NCBI GenBank assembly: GCA_964035545.1
Contig: CAXIUT010000190.1
Coordinates: 1-28,416, forward strand
Origin: Bugula neritina
Taxonomy: Eukaryota > Animalia > Bryozoa
Length of the DNA stretch: 28,416 nt
Direction of reading: 5' to 3'
The position numbers were made by a program, and so were the translations under genes. Shown piece by piece: positions 1-12,093 of this stretch. Position 1 is the stretch's first letter. Each line of letters opens with the position of its first letter. The notes below the pieces were generated by a model that was not told the DNA's origin, searched no databases, and worked only from the letters and a program-made list of their open reading frames with translations.

Positions 1-86
1 CCCAACCCAACCCCAACCCCAACCCCAACCCCAACCCCAACCCCAACCCCAACCCCAACCCCAACCCCAACCCCAACCCCAACCCC
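1..86 (+). repeat. Left telomere (CCCCAA)n
   Basis: Tandem CCCCAA from position 1, starting CCCAA CCCAA CCCCAA, then unique AT-rich sequence from 87. This is the Tetrahymena-type oligohymenophorean telomere repeat. Confidence 0.97.
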
Positions 87-124
87 TGACAATATAACCT
101 ATATCTGATATATATATAATTCAA

Positions 125-726
125 ATGCATCCTCAAGGACAATCGTACTACTAGCCGCATGTTCAAAGCAGTATTGGGCAAAGTCAAAACTAGTCAGGAA
201 GGAAGAGTTTTGTTGATAACAAACCTATGATACAAGGATTGGTTCGATCAGTACTCAAAGTATAAAAAAATGGGGAAGCTCATCTCATCAATACGGACAT
301 AGAGATTTCAATCAAATATTATAAATATTGTAAAATATAAATATAATAATTGTTTTAAGATGTAAATATACTAGTTTGCAGAGAGTAGATGGGACTAACA
401 GACGTAGAAGGTGCAAAGCAAATCGCTCAAAACATATTTTCATACTACGACAAAGATAAAACAGGTTCAATCGACCCAGTAAAAGTATATCAATTTTTAT
501 TTAGACAATGCCTATCCTTGCCAACACTTACAGAGTTTTCAATTCCTCATATAACCCACAAAAAGAAGATGTAAACTCATTTTTCTAAACCCTTGATACA
601 GATCACAACAGGAAGGTGACTCTCTAGGACCTATAAACTCTATGCACTAGATATTTGACTGGCACTACACCTGGAATTGGATATAAGTTCCATGATTCAA
701 GACAAGCGCAACCTCGTCCCTTTTGA
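125..726 (+). CDS. EF-hand calcium-binding protein
   Basis: With TAR=Glu the frame is open from ATG 125. It has two EF-hand loops (YDKDKTGSIDP and LDTDHNRKVTLEDLETLC). There is a 20-nt intron at 485-504 and one apparent 1-nt deletion near 587-590 (AAA[A]CC). TGA stop at 724-726. Confidence 0.75.
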
Positions 727-769
727 TTAGACTTTAATATCTAATTGACTAAGATATAAAAATAATTAA

Positions 770-1464
770 TCAGCATTAACAATCTTGTTTATTTTATACA
801 GGTTAATTGGACAACTGAAATCCTCTGGGTTGATTAGCGGGTGTCAGTTCTTGTCTTCTTCTTTTTGAATTTCTAACTTAAAAAGCAAATACATTCAAGC
901 ATATTTCTAAAGGTGGATTAGATGTTGTCACCGGTTATGGCACTTGTCTATTCAAAGAAACATCCCATCTATTTAGCTAGCCTTCTTCCCTATGCTGTTG
1001 TTACTACTTGCTATGATTTCAAATCAGATTTGTTGCCTACTATTACTATTACAACATTTTAAGCTGCATGCTAGCGTATGCCCTAGATCCATCTTTTTAC
1101 GTTTTTGAAGGTAACTTCTTTGGTTATATCGTATACTACTAAAGCACCTTGAGCTTTTCGATAATGGCTATATTATCATTATAAGTACGCGGATGTAATG
1201 GCTCTATATTGTTACTGCCCGGCTTAATAGATAAAAATATACCAGTATCCCATATTTGCACTTTGATTCTTTTGTCGCCTGATAGAGTAACCATTTTAGA
1301 TGAAAATTATACTCCAACAGTTGGTGCAATGTTTTTGTAATTTTAATTACCACTTTTGATAAATTTGTATACTATATGTGTCTTACCAACAAAAGCATCA
1401 CCAGCTAAAATAACTATATCCTATATTATCTACCTTTATAGAGTTAGTCGTAGCCTTCAGTCAT
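770..1464 (-). CDS. Rab GTPase (Rab11-like)
   Basis: Motifs LAGDAFVGKT, TVGVEF, QIWDTAGQEQYRAITSAHYR, VGNKSDL, EETSA and C-terminal CEC-stop (CXC prenylation). Introns at 1414-1433, 1223-1242, 1168-1188 and 873-892. One homopolymer indel near 862-866. Confidence 0.95.
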
Positions 1465-1596
1465 CTAGATTCAAAATATTATTAAAAAAGTAAATAAAGT
1501 TATATCTAGTTTTTTGAATTAAATCAATTTCGTTATCTTAAATAGTTAGTTAATAGATATTTTTAAGTATATAAATAAAACTAAAATAAACTATGT

Positions 1597-3214
1597 TCAA
1601 AATATTTGTGGACCTGTTCTTCTGGGAGGCCATTGCGACCGTTTCTGTGAAATGATTTATGTATTTCTACCTCTTTTTGGTATAGTAGGCAATATGAAAT
1701 CATCTTGTTTTCCTCTAGTAGTTGCCCCGATACCTTGTCTGAATCCTTTGCCATTTTATGCACTTGTATTAACATCATCTTTATATCTACTTTCTTCTTA
1801 CTGGTATTTACTGTCATATGAGTTGCTGTGGACTCTATCTTTGGTTATTCTTCCTGATGGAATATGATATTCTTTAAGAAAGATTTAATCATTTTATTAT
1901 TGTGTTATTAATTTTGATAAAAAGTTGAGTTAGTTTTTATCGAAGTTATCTCTTGATTGTCCTAATTTTAATGTATAATTAGTGTTTTTAGGTTCTTATG
2001 ATGATCTATTAGGTTGTCCTCTACTCATAGATAACTTTCTTTATCTTTTTGGTGCCTATTCTTGATTAACTTTATTTTTTCTAAGTACTAATTCTTCTTT
2101 CAATGCATTTTATATTTTACCAGAATGACAAGTTAATTTAGGATGATATTTACTTGTTTTGTTTGTAAGTTATCTGCCTTGAGGATCTCTAGTACTAAAA
2201 GGTAAATTGATATATTTTAATTTTTATAAAAGTTTATTTTTACCTTTTGTTCCCTATACTCCTAATCCTAATTTATCATAAAGAGTATTATCACTTTTTT
2301 TAAGTTGTTCCATGATTTTAAGAAAGACAGGGAAGTTAATTTATCTTTATCCTTTAGCTTATTTTTTGAAGGTAGAGATTAATATATTTTTTTAAAGTTT
2401 ACCTTATGAAAATGTTTTTTATTTAGAGTGGACAATATCTGCAGCAGTTGCAAAGGTCATAAATTTGGCCTAGATTCATCATTTGGCATTTATGACTGAT
2501 ATTATCAAATGTAAAATTCGGACCTGTACTTTGTTGCTGCTTACAATAAAATTCAAATACTCCTTTGAGTTGTCGCTTCAATAAATCTGGATTTTCAAAT
2601 CTTATCTTCTCTTATTGCTATTCTTCAAATTCATTGCTTATGTTTACATTTGCTATATGAGTCTAATTCTATAATACTTTTTATTCTATCTTGTGACTCA
2701 CTGCTGGTGTTTTAACTTCATCTACTTCTACTTCTTTTTATTTTGTTTATTATTTAATTATTATCTACTATCTATCATCTTCTTTGTTTGGCTATTCTAT
2801 GACTTTTTATGATTAGTTTTCTTCTTTTTTTGCTTTTTTCTTATCATAGTGAACTGCAAACATGTCATTATGTTCGATGCAGTACTTGAGCATTTTGGTT
2901 GCAAATTCTGCGTCGTAGAGTGGATCAGGATCATTGATATGTTTTGATATAAAGTCGTTAACATTCGTTATGAGGCTGTTTCTTAGAGTTTGGTTGAGAG
3001 ATTGATTTTATTAGTATTTGCTGAAGTTGAAAATATCATAGATATATTTGAGAGTTTGTTCAATGTATTAAGGTTTTGATAGTTGGGGTAGAGGAAAGGG
3101 TTCTTGATAATATTACTTGAATTTTTATCTGAGGATGTCAGTATTGTTATTGAGATATCTATTGAATTAATTAACGTTATTGGAACTGTTTTAGTTGTTT
3201 CCTTATTCAGTCAT
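1597..3214 (-). CDS. Hypothetical protein with a central p25-alpha/EF-hand-like helical segment
   Basis: Long TGA-free frame under TAR=Glu from ATG 3214 to TGA 1597-1599, needing about 3 single-base corrections. Central block reads approximately LKGVFEFYCKQQ...MMNLGKFMTFA...ISTFKKEAKGEREINFPVFLKIMEQL. Confidence 0.6.
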
Positions 3215-3381
3215 TTTTCAATATTTTTATTTATAAACCAATCCAACTCATAAAATTATCAATAACCTATCTATAATAATACCATTATTTAATTAACTAT
3301 CAACTATATGATTATTTGATATGATAGTTTATGATGGATGATTTTGTTTATTTATAACAATGTTTTCTAAGAATTGAAAAA

Positions 3382-6300
3382 ATGAACTACCCTCTTATTC
3401 CAGAATAAATCTGTTAGTTAGATACTTTTACACTAGAATAAAAGATATAATAACTTGAATTACATCCTCAAAGAACTCTCTTTAATCATATCATTCAAAT
3501 CGCTAAATTAGAACTTATAGATCGTTTAGATATCTAGTAATTTGGTAGACAGCTAGCCAATGATTAGTATAAAATTGAACTTGATTTCGTATTGCCTTCA
3601 ATAACAGCTTCATCTCCTATGATCAAACAAGTACAAGATAATAAAATAAAACAACAAATATCTGAACTACCTACTCCGACAAGATCATTTGTTACTATTG
3701 GAAAACCAGCTGTGAATCATCATTTTAAACCTAAATTAAGTCAACCTCAAAATAAGGCAAAAACTTTTTTAAAAGCAAAAAAAAGTAGTACATTCAAATT
3801 AAAATAAAAAACTCTTCCCAAAAAAATATAAAATAAAATAGTACAAGAAATAGATCTAAAAATAAAAATAAACAATAATAAAAACCATATTCATTCAGAT
3901 ATACGTAAGCAAGAAATTCTGGAGCAAGGGAGTCTTTTATAATTAAAGATAGCATGAAATAAACTCTATAGATTGCTAAGTAACCAGTTAAAGAGGTAAA
4001 ATAGGAGATGTCTATGAAGTAAAGACTAAAGAAGGAAGTTTAGGGAATGAAAGTTGTTTATTTTTAAAATGATATCTATGATGATATTGAAGGAATTCAG
4101 ATCAGTCGGTTGAATTTGAAAGAATAAGAAGCTAAAATTATCCAGGAGGAGTAAAATAATAAGAATAGGGAATAAGAGTAAATAATTCCTATCATTCAAT
4201 CAAAAAATATAAAATAAAATCACTAATAATAAGGTTAAAAATATGAAGAGGTTAAATCTAAATTAGAGATATCAGAATTTTCTATTTAAGTTTCTCCAAT
4301 TAAAAAATAATAAAATACGAGTTTAATCAATGAATAAAGCTCTCGATAATTTACTTAAAGATATTCTTAAAATAAATATATTAGCTAATCTAATATAAAC
4401 TCTTCTAATATTTTAAAAGAATAGATAATACATGATAAGAGTAAATAGTAAACTAGTGGTTCATCAATAACAACTCCTTCGACTTATTCTCAAATTTAAA
4501 ACAATACAAAAATATAATAATATCAATCATCTCCTATAATCCATAATAAAAGAGAATAAAAATAGGCTTAAAAGAAAGAATCTCCTTAAAAGAATATATA
4601 AATCAAAATAAATCGAAATTCAAGTAAAAAATATACTCAAGTAGCAACTATCCACTAAATACAAGATAGTCCTCATCCCAAAGATACTACAAGAAGTAAA
4701 GAGGTATCAAACAAATAGGTAAAATCAAAAAGTGTAAAAAATTTTAATAAAAAGGTTCTTCCTACAATCAGAGATAGTGAATGTGAAATTCTTAGTACCA
4801 AGTTAGACGCTTTCAAAGACAGTAAGAAACAGAGTGTATAAATGATAAAAATGCGTTCAACTCGAAATGAACAATTTTTAAAACCAATTTTATCAAAATC
4901 AAATCCAGACATATTTCCTTATCATTAGATAATACCATCATTTCAAAAACTATTTCCTCATTCTAAAAATCTACTTAACACTTTGAGGCAAGTATAATAA
5001 AGTTTGCGTTTGCATTTTTAGAAACAAATTGAGGAGAAAAGCAAGATGGATTAATGTCGTAGATTAAGTTAAAATTAGATGACATTTCGAGTGGTTTCTT
5101 AGAGTTAACAGGCTAGGAAGCATAAAGGTCTATTTGATATATAGTTGTAGTCCTTCCATGAAAGAGGGAGTATCATGTTGAATCGGATTAAAAATAATTA
5201 TAATGAAATATAGGCCAATTAAATGCTATTTTATCGAGTAGTGAGAACGAAATAAGAAGTTTATGATATTATAAATAGTAGTTTTCATCGAACAACCAAT
5301 TGGTATGAACTCCCTCATGATTAGAACTGAAAGTCAGTTGGAATTTATTGTGGACATGGTCAAAACCTCAAATAGATTTTCAACATCTTTTGTTATTTCA
5401 GAAAGTAAACCATTTTTTAAATAATAAGCAAATAGCTAGAAAAGATTTACTTAAAAAGAATATATAGAATATCCAAAAGTTGGGTAACAAAATAAAGCAA
5501 TATTTCGATATAATTCCATAGACATTTTTACTTCCAGGATAGAATATACCATTTATTAAAAAAATTTAGATAATATAGTATAAAAGATAAACTTAACTAT
5601 TGGATATTAAAACCTGTAGGATTGTCTAGAGGAAGAGGTATTTCTTTGATTAATTCATTAGAAGATGTTGTCTTTTCTGAACCTATTATTCTACAAAAAT
5701 ATCTTAATAATCCTCTTCTCATTGATGGATTCAAATTTGATATGAGAATCTATGTTCTAGTTACATCTATTAATCCTCTTTAAGCTTTTATCTATCGATA
5801 GGGATTCGCGAGACTTAGTACTTAGAAGTATTCGCTTAGTTAAGATTAAATTAGTAATAAATTTATTCATCTTACCAATTTTAGTGTTCAGAGGGAGAAA
5901 ATCAATACCAAAAAAATCAGTTTTTAATAATAAATAGGGGGAACAAAGATCTCTCTTAAGATGTTATAAACAAAAATGAAAAGTTTGGGTATTGATTGGA
6001 GTAGTGTAGATAAACAAATATAATAAATCGTTCTTAAATCTCTAATTGCCTGTATGAACAGCATTCCACCAAATCCTAACAGTTTCTAACTATTTGGTTA
6101 TGATATTTTTATCGATTCCAACTTGAAATGTTGGCTGCTTGAAGTAAATTCATCTCCTTCTCTTGAAAAGGAGTTTATACTAGATCAGATAATAAAACAG
6201 CAATTGATCGATGATATAATAGAAATAGTTAATCCGACTAACTATGATAGAAGTCGATTGCTTTAGATAGTTTAAAGACGTCGTAGATAATCTTAAGGAC

Positions 6301-6509
6301 TTAAAAGTTCTATTAGTACCAGTAGTCATTCAGCACAGCAGTTGATCAGGATTTGCATTACGTTTTGCACGGAAAAAGGCTTCGTAAATATGGTTAGCCA
6401 GTTGATAATAAAAATTTTAGAATGATTGCTCCTTCTCAGGCCATACCAGAAGATAATAAACGTAGTGCAGCATTACAAGATAGATCCCATAGTTAAAAAT
6501 TAATATTGA
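3382..6509 (+). CDS. Tubulin-tyrosine-ligase-like (TTLL) tubulin polyglutamylase
   Basis: [69 protein letters not shown] and [11 protein letters not shown]...[11 protein letters not shown] at about 5330-6230, after a long low-complexity N-terminus. Several 1-nt indels (about 5320, 5560, 6345, 6441). Confidence 0.93.
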
Positions 6510-6558
6510 ATAAGAAACTTAATTGTTCATAGTTATTTTGCATTATTTAATCTATCAT

Positions 6559-7307
6559 TCATAAAGTACGCAAATTTGTATCATCGAAATCCAAAAGAAT
6601 ATATCTGCTTTTGATATAGCTATCTAGCACTTTATTAATATTTGTTTTTTAGCTTTAAGAGAATAGTTATTCATATACACTTTTAAAATCTTTATCTATT
6701 TATTTTATTTATCCTTTTAATACTTTTTAGACGTAGTGTTTCTTTTATTCGTTCAAGAGATCGAAACCTTCCTTTCCGGTGGAAATACTGGCTATCTACT
6801 AATATTAGTACTTTTGTATTTATAGTCACTAAAAAAGGAGGTTAAATTATTATAGGAATACATTTATTCTCCTTTGAAGAGTTATCTTATTATCTTTTTC
6901 ACAAATTATTTATCTTATTCAGTTTACAGGTTTTTATATTGGTTATTTTTTTAAAGTTATTCGATTTAAATCGTTTTTTTATTTTTCTTCATAACGCAGT
7001 TAGCATCAACGTAGCTATTAACTCCAGTAAATATTTATACTAATTTTATTTTAGATCTATTCTAAGATATCATACCTATGAGCTGTAAAAGTATTTGAAG
7101 AATTAGCTGATTACAAACATTTCAAAAATGCTTATAGTAATTAGTTGTTTTTTGTTTTTTTGCCTTCTTTTGCATTATCTATTGACTTTCATAGTAAATA
7201 TTAAGATGAAAACGTATAATAGAAGGAAAAGTAGCTGCAATATTTGGTTATTTTCTACTTAGCACTCTGATTTGTTTGAATATTTGTTTGAATAGATGGT
7301 AAGTCAT
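6559..7307 (-). CDS. Hypothetical protein
   Basis: ATG 7307 to TGA 6559-6561 under TAR=Glu, with introns at 7057-7075 (19 nt) and 6792-6811 (20 nt) and one probable homopolymer indel. No motif recognised. Confidence 0.55.
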
Positions 7308-7380
7308 AATAGCTATAATTAAAGTTATTAATATTATAATTGAAAAGTAATATTAAAAGGATAAAAGCAGATAGTATTAA

Positions 7381-9971
7381 TCAATTGGTTTTGATGAGTT
7401 CGTATAATTCTTAGATGTAGAAATAAAGCATTTAATAGGTAATACTTTTGATATGATTTTGTTTTAGTTCAAATTTAACTCCTAAAAAGACTATTTACTA
7501 CTTTGATAGATGTATTAGTTTCTGTAATTCTTGTTTGACTTCGTTTCCATTGAACTAATCACTGATAAACACTCTATTGTAAAAACTATCAACTACATAC
7601 TTTTTAAAATTCTTTTTCATTGATGATTGAGTACTTCCTATCAAAGATAACTTCTTTACTACTTATATAAATTTACTTATTGGATCTTAACCTATTTTGT
7701 TCAAAACGTCACTATCCATCTTGACTAGTTGAGTTTGTCTGAGTTGATCTTCAGCTGGAGGTTTTCCTACTATTTGAGTATTGTAAGAACTAGCTCCAAA
7801 AACTCTTGTATGAGTACCTGCAAAATTATTGTTATTTGTATTTATTTTTTTATTCATGGTTGATATTTATTCATTAAGCAAACATTACTTTTCTTTTAGC
7901 TAATCCATGAAGACTGTTAACCTGTCAACTGTTAGTCTAAGAAGTTATCGAGCATCTGGACGATTTAGTTGATCTTTTTCTAGACAGAGTTTGACAAAAT
8001 TTTGAAGTTCTTATGAATAATAGTTTGGAAGTTAGATTGCACATTCTCTATTAACAATATTTTTGGCAATAAAGAGAGGATTATTACCTGAGAAGGGAGT
8101 TTTCAAAGCCATGATTTAATAAATAATACAGCCTAAACTCCAAATATCAGCTTTTTAATTATAAGCTTCATTTTGAACTATCTGAGGACAAGAATAAGCA
8201 AGTGTTCCTAAAAAAGAATTATTCATATTAAGTGATTGTGAAATACCTTTAGCTAAACCAAAATCGGCAACTTTTAAATTGTTCTGACTATCGATCATAA
8301 TATTGGAAGGATTTAAATCACGATGCATTATCTTTTTATCATCATGCAGATATCTTAAAACTGATAATAAGGATATTAAAAATCTCCAAACTGTTTATTC
8401 TTAAAAATATACTCCCTTCTAGCTTTGAGTCTTTATTAGCTATGATAAATTGCAACCTTTAACTACTTCCATTACAATATAAAGGAAGTCATCTTCGACA
8501 AAGGATTAATAAAATTTAATAATATTTGGGTGTTTAAGTTCTTTATAGATTTTTACTTATCTAAAGTAGTCATCCAGTTCTTGATTTTTTTATTTACTTT
8601 TTTTTTTAATTATTCCAAACTTAATCTCTTCAATGCATATTAATTAACTCCTTTTTTAGCCAAATACACATATCCAAAGGCACCTTGTCCAAGCTCTTCT
8701 AATAAATTATAATTTCCAACAACTTATAGTTTAAAGTTTTTATTTTTCATTATTTTTTATATTTTTTCAAATTAATCTTCAATTTATTAAACTTTTGTAC
8801 TATCCATTTAGTTAAACACTTTAAGTGTTTTCAGATAATCTTCTGGAGGTTTGACAAAATGACCAATATCAATAAATGGTCCTAAAAGTTGAGAAGGAAA
8901 TATTCTTTTAAATATTTTTCTATTTTTCTACAAAGAACATACATATCTCAATAATCTCAATAAAAGTACTCTAAACTAATCGAAAGCTTGAGGTTAATCT
9001 TTTTCTTCAATATCTTAGAATTTGATCATATGACAGTTTGAAGGATGTGCTCTTACTAATAAAGCTATCGCTTAACTGAATCCCTCTTCAACATATTTAC
9101 TACTTAAATCATTATCAAGCATAAGATGGGTTAAAATTTTGACATTATAGATCATTTATTTGTAATCTAGAGGGTCTTTAAGTTTGAGACTAATGACAGA
9201 GGTAAAGTTATTTAGTTTGAAATCGTAAATTACTTCTGTTTTCGTGGTTAGAAGAAGTTTATAAATACAACTTAAAAGAGACATTTTAAGAATAAAGTTT
9301 GATTGATTTCTTTTAAGTTAATTGATGAGGGTAGTAACTCCATTAATTCTTCTAAAATTTTAATTAAACTGTTTATTTTAAAGTAAATCCTTAATGATGT
9401 TTATGAGTTTTGGTTTATGAGCAGGTTATAGTCTCTATAGGGCAAAGACTAACCTTCCAACATACCATACTTCTTCAAAAACTTTATTAATACCCTTAGA
9501 TATGAGTTATCTTGTAATTTACAGAATAACTTTTGTTGCTTCTGGATTATTCATCACAAGGAGATCCATTATTTTAGAAAACATTTCATGTGTGATTAAT
9601 TTAGGATTGATTTCAATGAATCTTAAATGAAGGGCTAAAATTTAAATCAGAACTAAAGGTGAATTAGTCACTTCTGGCATCATTTAGTTTATTCTAATAA
9701 GAAACTCCTCTGAAAGATAACTTCTAAACTATGTTGGTTTTGAACAGAAGCGAAGTAGTTGTAAAGGTTTATATTGCAGTTGATTGCTACTTGATTTAGC
9801 TATTTATTGCACAACTTTCATCAGTTCTGCAACTTATTTCGGAAATCTACAGTCTCTGTATTTAGCAAAAAATTGATCGATGAGTTTGTTTTATTATGAA
9901 TCAGCTTGGAAGGTCTAGTTATTTTGAAAGTATGTGAGGAGGTCGATGCATTCATTTTTAGATAACTACAT
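7381..9971 (-). CDS. NEK10: NIMA-related kinase NEK10 (armadillo-like N-terminus plus kinase domain)
   Basis: The pre-kinase block LRLLRYVCSLEKNRKIFKRIFPSQLLGPFIDIGHF is characteristic of NEK10. Kinase motifs LGQGAFGYV, YALK, HPNII, MHRDLNPSNIM, DFGLAK, GTLAYSCP and KADIWSLGCI follow, and the C-terminus has ITYEML..IEEL. One homopolymer indel near 8600. Confidence 0.9.
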
Positions 9972-10172
9972 CTTTCAAATTAATTTAAAAATAATAGCTA
10001 TTGATAGATAATTATTTATCAATCTATCATTTTAATGAATTAAATTATTTAGTTCTTTTTTTCTTAATCACCTAATTACCACTGTTGGAAAAGATATAAA
10101 AGGATTCAGTAAGAGATAGCGGGATAATTTATAGTGAATAAGGTCTATTAGTGGATGATGAGTCAATGACAA

Positions 10173-10549
10173 TCAAAAGCCGAGTCTTCTGCTGAGTCTG
10201 GATCTTTCAACATAATCGTGGATATGTTCTTGGGCGACTGGCTCTTCAACAACTTCTTTCACTGAGAAAGAGGCATATCTTGAAGGATCAAAATCTCTTG
10301 GTCTTGAGTGTAAAGCTCCATTTCTAGCTCTCCATTGTTCGAGTTCTCTAACCTAAATACATTAGAAAATACCTTCAAAGCTTGATCAGATTCGCTGACG
10401 TTAACGATATGTCCGAAAGAGGGGACAACGTTGATGTTGATGCTTCTGAATTAATCGAGAGTTACCCATCTTAGGAGACTGTATTTTGGAATGACATGGA
10501 TCACAGAATGATATTTTAAAAATGCAAATAAAATTTATCACGGAGCCAT
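10173..10549 (-). CDS. Homolog of a ciliate-specific mitochondrial complex I accessory subunit (Tetrahymena NDUTT8-like); N-terminus unresolved
   Basis: TLDEFRSININVVPSFGHIVNVSESDQALKVRELEQWRARNG...VKEVVEEPVAQEHIHDYVERSRL closely resembles, from memory, the Tetrahymena subunit (TLDDFRNVNFNILPSF...VQEVVENDVAQEDIHAFVES). 20-nt intron at 10353-10372. Start is either ATG 10549 or ATG 10497. Confidence 0.65.
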
Positions 10550-10612
10550 AAATCTATTTATTGATCAATAAAACTATTTTTACAAATACTGATAGATATT
10601 GATGAGGAATAA

Positions 10613-11925
10613 TCATTTTTGGACAAATTTACGAGGATATGGAGTAATAAATTTTTCAACATCTTACATTGTTATCTTCTTACGGTTCTCTTGGTGCTAT
10701 GCTACAAATTTTTGAAGAACTTTTATCAGAATCTTCTTTATTTATCCTGTTAACATCTTTCCACTACCATATTTTTATGCGATTTCTTAGAGTTATTTAT
10801 CGTCTTCCATGAAGAAACGTAAATAATGGTAAGAAATATCAACAGATAAATCTGCTCCTTTTTAAATTTGTTCCTCTTTAGTGGCTCTTCCGCCGCTAAA
10901 AGCGTGTTTCTTGATTTTGTTTTCAATTTACTTGGGTTTATCAGTCATAAATATTCCAGATGTAGGAATAGATCCTGACATTTTGGTGTTGAAACCCTGT
11001 AATGATGGGAAAAATTTGTTGTATAAACCAGCTGGTTTGGGAGCTTTGAGTTTTGCACAGACATCTCGAGTCATTCTGAAGTAAGGATCTTGGTCGATTC
11101 CACAGGGTATCAAACAAGGAATGTTTTTGTCACCAAAAATATGAGGAAAACTACTTGAAAGACAAGGAGCTGCTTGAATCGCAGGATATGCTGCTTTTCC
11201 ACTGCAATCAGCAAACTCCAATCCAAAGATAGCCTTAAGAGTTGTCAAGTTAATGTGTCTTTGGAATCTACAGACATTAGGATACATATAGCCCATATAC
11301 TTTGAGTCTAAACAGACAAAAGTTTTATCAGGATTAAAACCAATAGCCAGAATATCTTTAATATTTTCATAAGCTAAATTTGTAAACTCTTATAAATCTC
11401 CTCCTTCTCTGAAGAAATACTTCTCATCATCAGTAATTTGAATGATAAATGGGACATTGAAGGCTTCCTGCAAATATTTACAGAAAATGAAGGGCAACAT
11501 ATGCCCGAGATGAAGTGATTCTGATGAAGGTCCACGGCCTGTATATAGATAGAAAGCAGGTAAATCAGGATTTCTACATCATTATATTGTTACTTGTTGT
11601 TTTCATAAGAGTTGAGGATTAAATCAAGATCTCTATGGGAGAAAAAAATTGACCTTTTAAGGTATGGATGGGCAGGTTTTCCTGTTAATTTTTATATTCT
11701 TTGGATATGTTATTAAGTCAGGTTGTAGCATCCAAATTTATCGATTAGTTTATTATAGTCAATTTCTTTATTGTTAGTCGAGGTTACTGTTTATGTAGTA
11801 ACGACAAAACCATCATCCTATTACTCTTCTTTCTTGACCTAGTTTTTGCTTTATTATGTTATTGGTTCTTTGACCTGTTTTTATTCTTCTTTACTTTCCT
11901 TTTTCTCTTCCTTTGTCAATTCCAT
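10613..11925 (-). CDS. WARS1: Tryptophanyl-tRNA synthetase, cytosolic type
   Basis: [36 protein letters not shown] (HIGH motif), [43 protein letters not shown] and MLTGE. 20-nt intron at 11574-11593. Confidence 0.96.
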
Positions 11926-12093
11926 TAGATAACAAATTAATATTTCTTTTATTTAATTAAAATCAACTATAGATGATTGTACTAAATATTAAATATTAAA
12001 TATATCAAATCATAAATATTTTCTCAGGTATTTTATTCTAAGTTAATTATTAAATTCAAATTCGAATTAGCAATTTGATATTATTTGATTTAA

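Noticed and set aside
877-892. Alternative 16-nt Rab intron (GTATTTGCTTTTTAAG) that would restore the frame without an indel
   Set aside because: It lacks the -6 A and departs from the 20-nt mode. The 20-nt version gives the Rab-like MLEEIQK. It is not fully excluded without cDNA.
10470-10510. HSVIHVIPK as a HIT-family motif
   Set aside because: The HxHxH triad is incomplete, and the rest of the protein resembles a ciliate complex I subunit instead.
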